64,000 bases of DNA from Amphiscolops sp. MND2022. Its lineage: Eukaryota. Below the pieces are notes generated by a model. That model saw only the letters and a program-made list of their open reading frames with translations, was not told the DNA's origin and did not search any database. Of this stretch, positions 22,701 to 32,699 are shown one piece after another. Position numbers and translations under genes: made by a program. Location of the stretch: positions 35,154,001 to 35,218,000 of the forward strand of contig OZ076411.1 of assembly GCA_964187785.1 (NCBI GenBank), given 5' to 3'. Every line of letters starts with the position of its first letter. Position 1 is the stretch's first letter.

Positions 22701-25700
22701 TCTTGACTAATGGTCTCTATTTTCTCTCCCTGCTCTGCACAGATATCCCTCACGGCTTTCAGTCTGGACAATTCCTGGTTATCACAATAGACAAATGAGC
22801 ACCTGTTTCGTTTCGAAAACAGACATCGTTGATGGAAAAGAAATAACTCACTGATTAGTTTTGATGCTGTTAGATCCCTGCGTCTTAGCGCAAAAAGTAC
22901 CTCACAATAAACTTTTGTATAGCGGAATGATGTCCTTTTGGTCTTTCCTTTAGAATGGGTGGTCAGCATTGGTTCCCCACACCTCATGACACTGCAGTTG
23001 TTTTTTCCAAAAGATGCAAAATGATATATGGTGGTGCTCTAGAATTTTATTAAATACAATAATGAATTAATTTGCCTAACAACTTCGCCACAAAATGACG
23101 GCTTCAATGATGTTCTAATGTTTGTTCAATTTTAAAAACAAGACGCCCGCTGAGCAGCGGGATATTTTCCGCCCCGAACTGTTCTACAACTACATAAGTT
23201 TGAGGCTCAAGAATAAGCCAATGCACTAAAAACGCCAATAAGTTCGCAGAAAAGAAAACTTTGATTCATCGTACCCCATTTTAAAGGAAACCCCTAATTT
23301 ATTATTTCAGAGAGCTGGTCACCTTTCGTTTTTTCGGCACTATGCGACTTACCGAGAAAAAAGAAAGTTTTCAATAAATTTTTTGAAAATATTTTTTTTA
23401 AAACAATTTTCAAAATTTTTAGTTTTTGAGGTTTTCTGTAAAGGAAACAAGTTTACCAAGTCTTGAGGGTGACCTCTTTGTTACTTTTGATAATGTGGAA
23501 CTGATGAGTTTTCTTTTTGATTGTGGGAAATACCTCATTTAAGTTTTTTTCGACTCTGTACGTCTTTCCGAAACTTTCATTTGGTCAAGTGTACCCCTTG
23601 CTTTCATAATAGCACATTTCGGCTTGAGAAGAGCAGTTTCGCGAGCTGAAACTAGTTTCGCCATAAATGGTAAAAGAGAAAATAGTAAAAGCTTGAAATT
23701 AGGTCTGTTTCAAATTTCGAAAAGTTGAGCAACCCCGGTTTGTTATATTATTGTACATTGTTTCATCAGAAGTGTCAAAAACTGCAAATAGTTTTGACAA
23801 GTTTAGGGTCAATTTGAGGAAATTTTCGAACATGAATCTACAGATGTCTCTTCAAAAATAAGCCTACTGGACACCGAGTTTAGCTGTTGTTGAATGTTTA
23901 CACCATTCTAACCCACGATTTAGCACGAAACATCTTTCGTAGGAAGATGTACTCCATTTCTAGTGAAATTGCTTGGAAGTTTTTGAATGACAAAAATTGG
24001 ACAAATGAGGTTGAAATTTACGTTTTCAAGTAAAGTATTTGAAAGTTGTGCGAATAAACTTGTCTGATGTCTTTTCGGAACACTACCGGTAGCTAGACGT
24101 TTCAATCCTTAGCCTATGATATTTCTGATTGAAGTAAATTTTAGGAAAGTGTCCAAAATTGGGACTATGTTGTCGAAAGTGAAAAAAGTTCGAAACTTTG
24201 ACATCCTTGCTGTAAACTCGATGAACTTCATGCCTCTTTTTCCCACAATTGCGTTTTGAATACCTTATTGTTTAAACGCTGAGGTCATTGGAATTTCTCT
24301 TCCTTAAAACCTTTCGTGGCTTGAACAAAAAATGGGATTAGTTTGTCAAACAACGTGCTTTTTTGTTGTTTCATGAATTTTTGGGTGTTTTTGAGACCAA
24401 TTCCAACAAAACATGCAGTTATCTCTTGAAAAATTCCTACTGGAGATACCCAGGTGAGTTAGTGTTGAGTGTTTAAAACCATTATATGCAAGGAAGTAGG
24501 TCAAAAAAAAACTTGAAAATTTTCGGTTTTTCCAATAATTGTGTTATTTTGACTAAACTTCCGACCATAAATTAGGCATTCTTAAAAACCGTGTTCCGGG
24601 CCTAGTTTTATCAACGCGAGCTTTTTGAACCCTTAAGTTTACCAAAATTTTCCAATCTCAAATAAAAATTCACTGAAAATGTCAGAAATCGACAAAAGTT
24701 TTCAAGCTTTCGACTTTTTACGGTCACTTTTCAGCCATTTTCCGACCGGAATCTGCAAATATTCCCCTGAAAGCCTAATTGAATATGAGTTCAGTCTTTG
24801 TTGAACGTTTGCTGACATTCTGACACCAAAACGATTCAAAAAGTACACAAGTTGCACAAAAACAAAGTTGAATTTTTTTGATTCCTTTGGAGTCATATTG
24901 AAGTGTTTGTGAAGCAAAACACTGTAATGTTCTCTTCAAGAAAAAATTGCATATCTAGTTTTTTCGTTGTTAAGTGGATTGCGGAACTAAATCTACAGAA
25001 ATTAAATAAAAAACGACAAAAACTTCGAAATTTTGACATCTCAGGTCAATTTGAGGCCCTTTTCTTTTACGAATTGAACCTTTCTCGTAACGAAAGCTCA
25101 CCAAAACAACAAGTTTGCCCACGCCTTAAGCGTTTAGACACTGTAGTCCACGAAGTCTATCGTTATTTTCACAAAAAGTGGAAAAAAATGAATTTGACAA
25201 TTTTTCGAAATTTGGTCTTTTTCGATGTCGATTCCGGACAATTTCCTATTGAAAAACTGCATTTATCTCTTTTCTAAGCATACTGGACAATGCTTATTTT
25301 CCTTGTTGACCCTTTTCAACGTTCCAATTGACGGAGTCTGTCAAAAATTTAGAAAATTGCACGAAATCTTTGAAAATTGGAAACTTTTGGGACTTTTGTC
25401 ATTTTCGGTGTCAATTTGAGACCTTTTCAAGCAGAACATTGCAATTATCTCTTCATTAAAGACTACGGGACGTACCGATTTTTTCATTGTTGACCCTTTA
25501 AAACATTCCAATCCACGAAGTCTGTGAAACTTTAACAAAAATGCATAAAACTTTGTTTTGAAAATTGGAAAATTTTGTGTTTTTTGTCAATTTCAGTGTC
25601 AATTTGAGACATTTTTATTTCGAAAAATGCAATAAACTCTTAAAAATGGTTACTGGACAACCAACGTTTTCCTTGTTGACCCCGTAAAACATTCCAATCC

Positions 25701-27952
25701 ACGAAGTCTCCAAAATTTGACGAAAAAAGCGTAGAAACTTTGAAAAATGGAAAATTTAGGGACTTTTGTCATTTTCGGTGTCAATTTGAGACATTTTTCA
25801 AATAAAGAACAGCCATTATCTCTTCGGAAATGCCTACTGGACAACAAACGTGTACCATGTTGATCGTTTTCAACAATCTAGTCCACGAATTCTATCGAAA
25901 ATTTGACAAAAATTGCTTAAAAACGTTAAAAATCTGGAAATTTTTGGTTTTCTTTGTCCTTTTTTGGGTCTTTTTCTTTCCAAAAAACCGCATTTATCTC
26001 CATAAACGACTATTGGACAACGAGTTCTTGTCTTTGTGAATCTTTTCAACATTCTAATCCACGACATTTATCGGAAACTCGACAGAAATTGCATTAAAAC
26101 GTAAAAAACGCAAATTCTCACTTCTTGGGGTCATTTTTGAGTTAATTTGGGGTCATTCTGGGGTCCTTGGGGTCAACTAAAAAAGTCCGGAAATTTCCAC
26201 AATTACAAATCCCACGAAGCTAAACTTATGTGAGCTGAATTCTATGGGTGAAACCCTTTAGCTTTGATATGAATAAATTCTTGGCAAATTTTGTAAAAAA
26301 AAACCCGTTCGATTTAAATATTTTCCTTTCCCATATGAAATATGGGCGGAAAATAAAAATATCGTTTGCAACATTCGTATGGCTAGGTTTTCTCAGAAGT
26401 CTTCCAAGCAATTTCATTGTGCTGTATCCAGCAAAGGTCGCAAAAGTATTGCTTGAAAAACAATGATAATGAAAGTAAATCGACTGACTTATTCTAGAAG
26501 GAGATCGCATAGAGATTCAAACGGAGTACCGACTGAAGAATTGAGACATTTAATTGAGAAGCAAAAGAATGATGATAATTTCGACAGACGACGGCGTGGT
26601 TCCGAGGAGAGAAGTAGAGAACGGCCATGCAAGCGATTGTCAGAAAGCAGAGACGTAAAAGATGACGAGAAAGTTGAAGATGACGTTAAAGAGTCTTTCG
26701 ATTTGTCGTCCAACTACAGGGGCGGTTCTAGGAAACGAGGCAAAAGTCCCGATGATAATGAAATTGAGGTAGAGCTACCAGCAATTGGGCCCAAATTTTC
26801 AGTGTCAGAACTTGCCCGTGAGTTATTTGCCTGTTGATTCCATTTTTGTAACAAGTTTTCGAATCTGAAATGCAGTCGTTACAAATGCTTGACATCATGT
26901 GAACAGTCTTTTTTCAGAATGCTCTTTCGTTCCATGTGTATTTTCCCCTTCCCCAAGTGGCGGCGGTTGGATAAGAAATGAGTTTCGAATACCATTCTGC
27001 GGTCGTTTGCATGCTTTTAGTCAAAATCATACCTTTTGTGGCCCAAGTGAAACGAAATTCAAGTGAAAATGTGCTCATTGCGGAAGTTCAAGAGAAACAC
27101 CGTAAATTTGACAGGCTTTTGGGAGCTATGCGTTTGATTTTATTTCTCTGGGAGAATACTTGGATCCTGTTTTTCTCTTGAATCATTAGAGTGGGTGGAG
27201 CCTTTTGTACGTTTTGCTTTGATTGTCTAGAAATGATGACGAATGTAAGTGGCGATTTTTGACAATCTTCACCAGCGAGTTTCTCAGTCAATTCCTTCGG
27301 ATAGCTTTCAATTTTTAGGTCAGCAGTAATTTGTCAAAAAAGTTACCTCAGTCGTGTGCAAAAAAATTTGTCTCTAGTGTGATTTTTAAAATATTATTTG
27401 GTATTTCAGACAAGCCACAGCAATATTCTTGGCCCCGACCAAACGACGAACGTGTTATTGGAGGTCTGACAAGCAGTAATAGAGTATCATTAAAGGAAAA
27501 ATTCTCGGCTGAGACAATCGTAGAAAAATATAACTTGAACCGAAGTGCCAGCGGATCGATATCTATTAACGGTAAGTTTAATTGAGCTTGTTTGCAAAAG
27601 TATTAATAATGTTATTAATGCAAATTTACGGTAAGATGACTTTTTATGGAAAATTTTACTAAGTTTTTGCCCTCTACAGCGAGACATTTTTCTTTCATGT
27701 TTAATCCTTTTAGCAGACGTGGCGAAAGATGCATGTCGAAAGGGCGGAGCAAGTGTTGTGTCAGTTCGAGAAATTCTTGAAAAGTACAATGGTAGAGCAA
27801 CCGGCGCCAGGGCAGACATGGAAATCCGCGACAAAATACGCAAATCATCGGTGGGTTCTTTTCTATCAAGGGGAAAAACTTCGGATCGAAAAGCTTTTTT
27901 TTTAAACAAATGTAGACCATCATCAGAATCTAAAAAATCAAAAACAAATTAA
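19720..27952 (+). CDS. Arg/Ser/Glu/Lys-rich low-complexity (SR-related) protein. Exons 19720-19948, 20100-20291, 20369-20846, 21080-21241, 21312-21962, then either 22020-22023 (571 aa) or 26498-26817, 27410-27571, 27714-27952 (810 aa)
   Basis: All junctions are GT-AG and phase-compatible in both models (1716 nt or 2433 nt). RS/RE dipeptide runs (RSRSRHRDRDY, RSRSPSRSP) are abundant. No globular domain recognised. The 5' five exons are more secure than the 3' three. Confidence 0.65.
25100..26190. repeat. Old, degenerate tandem repeat, about 184-bp period, at least 5 copies
   Basis: TACTGGACAA-like anchor at 25281, 25464, 25651, 25835 and 26011. Each unit has AATCCACGAAGTC and TTTTGTCATTTTCGGTGTCAATTTGAGAC-like blocks. 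Confidence 0.7.
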
Positions 27953-29517
27953 AAGTCAAGAACAAATACATTCATTAAGAGTTTATTATCAATTCAAACG
28001 TACTTAGTGAAGTTCGCTCGTCCGATACTCTTCTTTCTGATTGAGTGCGATGTCCTGGGTATGCGAAGGACTGTCTAAAAGAATAAAATTATTTTTCCGA
28101 CTGGTTGATCTTAGCAAACCTAATTTCAACTATATAACTTTCTTAGCACACGGGGGTTGCTATTTTGACATAGAGAAAGCGTTTCCTAATTAATCCTCGC
28201 TGAGAGCTTCGCTTGCATTCAGATAAGAATGCAAAAAGTCGTTACCACAAAAGCTTATCAAAATTTCGGATAATTCAAAATTTGAAATTGTTTTTGAACG
28301 TTTGAACGGAATTTTGGAACGGTTAACCCGAAAATTTTATAAATTTAATTTTTTTTCCGAGAATTTGTGGTCATGAGCAAATATAGGATGACTGAAAAAA
28401 CTTCAATTTCAGGTCCACCCGGTAATGAACAAATCGGTTATTTGGATCTTGATTTTTGAAAATTCCCTGACCCTTAAGTTTTATGGTAGTTTAAATTTTA
28501 TCCAATTCGCTTCAGTGTGCTGTATGTGTAGATATATAGTCAGTGTAAGAAGGCTTCAGGCTTTTAAAAAATAGGAAAAGCCTCATCGCTTATTGCCGTT
28601 GAAAATAATTACAAATAATCTTCCCTCAAACTTTATTCATTTTGATAGAAAGCCAATTTCCTCGTCAGATTTGGGTTAGTGAAAAATTTCTTTCAGATGA
28701 AAAAAGTTTTGGCTTCGCACAATTTTGTAGCTTCAATTATTCACTAGAGGCTATTAGTGTACTGTAACATTATACGACATTACTTTTTGATTTGTGACGT
28801 AATCAAATGTCTTCTGTTTTTGAAGTATTCACCTGCTGTTTCAGACATCTTCTGTGCCCATTTCTCCCTCTCATCCTCTGTTCAAGAACTTCAAAAACTT
28901 GTCCAGGAAATTTCTTGTTAATTCATCAGAAACTTTATAAATTATTTTCGTGTATACCAATTGAACTTGGAATATGTATTTCCTGTTACATCGCCGGTTT
29001 TTTTGCAACTATCCACTGCTTTTCCTGACGAATGTTATAGTTCTCAATTTAGCTTGTTTCTCGTTAAAAGTTTTTCTTTGTTGGCAACTTGATCGTGCAG
29101 TCAAGTATGGTCTAGTCCATCTTGTAGAATCTAGAAATGTCACTTAATACCTGTAAGTGTTAGCAGCTGCCCTCCAACTCAAGAATTTTAATTTTTCAAG
29201 ACCACCAGCGAAATGACAGATTCTAAAAAAACTATAGGTTTCCTCTTCGTTTTGCCCCCATTTCACTTGCCGCTTGGCGGTGTGGTTAGCGCGGGTGTCT
29301 GACATTTCTTTTTTGACATTTTTTTCCGAACTTTATTCTACCAAAGGGTTCTCTTGAATGTTTTCAGCAAGGAAAAAGCGTTTTGCAAGGCTAGAGAGTC
29401 CCACTTTTTGGTTTTCGACGCCGTATGACTTCTGTCGAAAAAAAGCCTTTCGGATGAAAATTTTCCAATTTTTTTTGGGAACTTTGGGTTTTGTGAAGTT
29501 GAGACTTGTTCAATAAT

Positions 29518-29518
<1 letters not shown>

Positions 29519-29594
<76 letters not shown>
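29519..29594. repeat. (CT)38 microsatellite
   Basis: Perfect CT run of 76 bp. Confidence 0.98.
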
Positions 29595-29598
<4 letters not shown>

Positions 29599-30104
29599 AT
29601 TTTGAACTGTTTGCTCTGGAATGCATATTTCATCTAACTTTAATTATCGTTCAAGTCCCACCATTTTTTGTTCGCAATTTATGAGATAAAATACGACTAT
29701 TATGGCGACTTTTCCTAATTGGTCGGAAGACTCTGCCCATTTGTATTTTCTGATATTTATTCGGATTAAAGGGAGTTTGAGTGTTATTCAGTTTTCCCAA
29801 ATAGTTCTTCTGTGGTTTTTCTGATATTTTTGGATAGGGAAAAGTTTTAAGCCCGAAGGGCTAAAAAAGAACTAAAAGGCGCGTAAAGCATAAATATTTT
29901 CTGTTTTTGAACTTTTCGTGCCAATTTTGTAGAGTTTTCACTTCTATCGAGCCCTAGAAATTGTCGCTAAATAAATCCATGCGGTACTCATCGGGGGTCC
30001 TATTTTCCGTTTTCCAAGAAAATAAATCATTCTAAGCGTGATTTTTTTCTTTTCCAACAGTTACTCCTCTAAAATGATTGATGCTTTCCACCTGACCCAG
30101 TTGT

Positions 30105-30176
30105 CAACGCGTGGTCCGGGGCGTGGTGAAGTGCGATAGGAAACTGATGTACGTGGGTTCGACTCCCGTGGTGCGC
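30105..30176 (+). other. tRNA-like sequence (possible SINE head)
   Basis: GC-rich segment with B box GGTTCGACTCCC and a weak A-box-like TGGTCCGGGGCGTGG. Confidence 0.35.
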
Positions 30177-30461
30177 TAAAATCCTATGTTTGCAAAGATT
30201 GACGAGAAGAAAGGGTCCTCTTTTTTTCGTCACAGTGGGCCTTATTTGGATTTTTCCACTAGAGGTTCGCTTCATAGAACGTTTTCTAGCCTTTAACGTA
30301 CGCCATTTTGATATTTTTGTCATTGTGCGACTCTTTTTGAGATTGTTTCTCACCGAATAGTCGCAAACACTGCGAAAGCTCACAACATACCAGTATCGAT
30401 TTTCTGTACTTCTTCAAATTGATATACAGTTTTTTTTAAAAAATTAACGTTTCTAATTCAA

Positions 30462-31151
30462 CAATAGCTTTTTACTATGCTTCAATTGGTTTCAACTTTT
30501 GGTGCATGGAGCCTTTGTTGGGTAAAAACGTTTTCTATGTCTTTAAAGTGACTAGTGGGTATTTTCAGAAGGGAAAAATAATACAAAGTGAAAACTTTAA
30601 ATTATCTTGAAAGAACAAAATTGAGAATATTTATGGCGAATAACATGCGACTTGCATTGGGCTCGGTTATTGGATGTTATGGTTCTGCTATATTTCTGTT
30701 TTTGATAATAATTCTGCAGGTGCAGAACCTCGATTCAGTTGATGAAATATTGAAATCTGCCTTGTGTATTAAGGTGCTTCTAATAAAGGAGCAGCTGAAA
30801 TAGGCTGACAAAATTTTAAGTTTTGCACCCAGTGGTAAGAAGCTTTCAGTAAAGGAGCAGCTCGAATGAGGGGGCTGCTGAACAAATGGGCTGTTGAATA
30901 ATGCTCAACAAAAGTGATAAATTTTTTATTACTGTGAGGAAGCTGTAATTTTGAAAACGAACACGAGGCTTTTTAACACTGCCTGGATGTAAGTGAAAAT
31001 TTTTAAAATTTTAAAAGAAATTGCACATAGATAAAAATTAAAATGTTACATTGTGCAAGTGTACACTGTATAGTATTAACTATCATTTAATGTATATAAC
31101 GTATATCTCACATGTAAATAAAATGTCACTTCCTGTTTGCCGTCCGCTACA
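30462..31151 (-). repeat. 3' LTR, about 690 bp
   Basis: Starts TGTAGCGGACGGCAAACAGG on the - strand directly after the PPT. It is collinear with 41652-42352 and the other copies. Confidence 0.85.
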
Positions 31152-31163
31152 TTGCCCTCCCTC
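31152..31163 (-). promoter_or_regulatory. Polypurine tract
   Basis: GAGGGAGGGCAA abuts the TG of the 3' LTR. Confidence 0.8.
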
Positions 31164-31199
31164 ATAGGAGGTTGCGTCCCCGCAATCTAACTCATTCAA

Positions 31200-32135
31200 A
31201 CCAATCGGACATATGCGAGTCGCAATCCAGGTTCGCAAAGTGCGGCGAATACCTGACATGCCCCAACGCTGATATACTCTGTTGAGCCGGGGATCCGTGA
31301 GTATGTTTTTCGCCTCCTTATGACAGGGGTTTGTTGGGACACCTCAGCTGGGGTGGAAGGTTCTTGTCGAGGTGTACAAGTCTCAGAAGATGCCTAGCAT
31401 GACGATTGATCTTTTGTGCTTCGGCTGTTGGGGACAGGCCCAGTATATAAAAGATGTTATCATCAATAAAATCGAGTTGAAGAGTATATGTGGAAAGTTT
31501 GTATTCGAGCATGTCAGTGTGAGTCGGCAACCTCCAGTCAGGAGGCCTCCAGTTTGTGTTTGAAGGATAGCCTCGCTCTGCTCGAGGCTGTGCTTGAGTA
31601 GAGAACTATTTTCCTCTGTAAATGTTTTGAGACGGCCCTTGAGGGCCTTAAGTTCCCCTGTGTGTTCGGTTAGTGTAGCTGCCTGTGAAGATAGTTGTTG
31701 TTGAACGGTGGAAAGTGTTCCCTGGGTTGTCACGAGTTCCTTTTCTTTTGACTCTCTGAACATCATCTGCTCACAGAGCAAGTCGAATGTATGTATAATT
31801 TCAGTGTGATTTGATGGCTGCGGAGCAGGTCTCTTCGAACTCTTCCGAAGTTCGCCAACGGAAGCAAATTCCGTGCAAGTGATTACATGCCCTCCTCGTC
31901 GTCCGAGGACGCAACTACTCCGACATAACAGGTGCCCACATTTAATTTTGGTGGTACTGGCGAGCAATCACAAATTGCGGGAGGGTGAGTCCACTTCTAC
32001 GCTCGTGCTGTTATTTGTTTGGGCAGGAAGCCAAACTTCTGTAGCGGGCCGAGCAAAGGTACGATTGTTGGAATTAATTTTTTTGAAGCACGACAGTTTG
32101 TGTAAGGGGGTTGACTCGTTCGATTCGGTAATCAT
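31200..32135 (-). pseudogene. Extra retrotransposon ORF: RING-like zinc finger, coiled coil and J-domain (DnaJ), with one stop and two frameshifts
   Basis: (R)NL*LLASTTKIKCGHLLCRSSC..ITC (RING remnant) and a heptad-rich segment ELVTTQGTLSTVQQQLSSQAATLTEHTGELKALK. These are followed by NIFYILGLSPTAEAQKINRHARHLLRLVHLDKN and, after a frameshift, KEAKNILTDPRLNRVYQRWGMSGI. Confidence 0.72.
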
Positions 32136-32349
32136 CTCTGTCCAAAATTCGGATTACATCTCCCTCGGCCAGAGGCTGTACGCGACCGCTGCTGATGAGG
32201 AAGGGCGCTGGGACTGGAGCTGCTGGAAACTGAACCTGAAACAAAAATTGATTGCACCCTTCATACTGTTGTACTGAGATCCTGAATGGGACGCGGAAAC
32301 GTGTCTGCTAGGCACTAATTGGTAATCCAATTAGGAAAAAAGGATTGTA

Positions 32350-32630
32350 TTTTTGCTCACGGAAACGTGTTATAAGGACTAGTTGCACAGCGAAGGAACT
32401 AGGATTGACATCCTAGAAAAAAGTAGTTAACACGGAGCTATGTAACCAAGGCACTAGTTGCGCAGCGAAACAACTAGGAAAAAAGACAACCTAGAAAGAA
32501 AGTAAATACTACGGAAACGTGTAACAAGCCGCTAGTTGCGTAGCGAAGCTATTGGGGAAAAGACAAACTTGAAAGTAATTAACACGGAAATGTGTAACAA
32601 GGCACTAGGTGCGTAGCGAAGCAACTAGAA
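32350..32630. repeat. Four tandem 73-79-bp units, each with a CTAGTTGC-N8-GCAACTAG stem-loop
   Basis: CACGGAAACGTG-like anchor at 32358, 32431, about 32510 and 32583. Confidence 0.8.
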
Positions 32631-32699
32631 GGGACCTCTTAAGTGGTTGATAAATAAGCTAAAATGACAGTGAGACAGAAATGTGAATGAGCAGTTAGA

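Noticed and set aside
22679-22987. 102-aa minus-strand ORF (..YCDNQELSRLKAVRDIC..)
   Set aside because: No recognisable motif, weak start and no supporting splice partners; may be an old TE scrap.
29391-29633. ORF with an ERERER run
   Set aside because: Product of the (CT)38 microsatellite.
30453-30461. TSD of the Gypsy element (CTAAT versus CTAAC at 47263)
   Set aside because: Only suggestive (4/5), and the exact 3' LTR end is degenerate, so it is not claimed.
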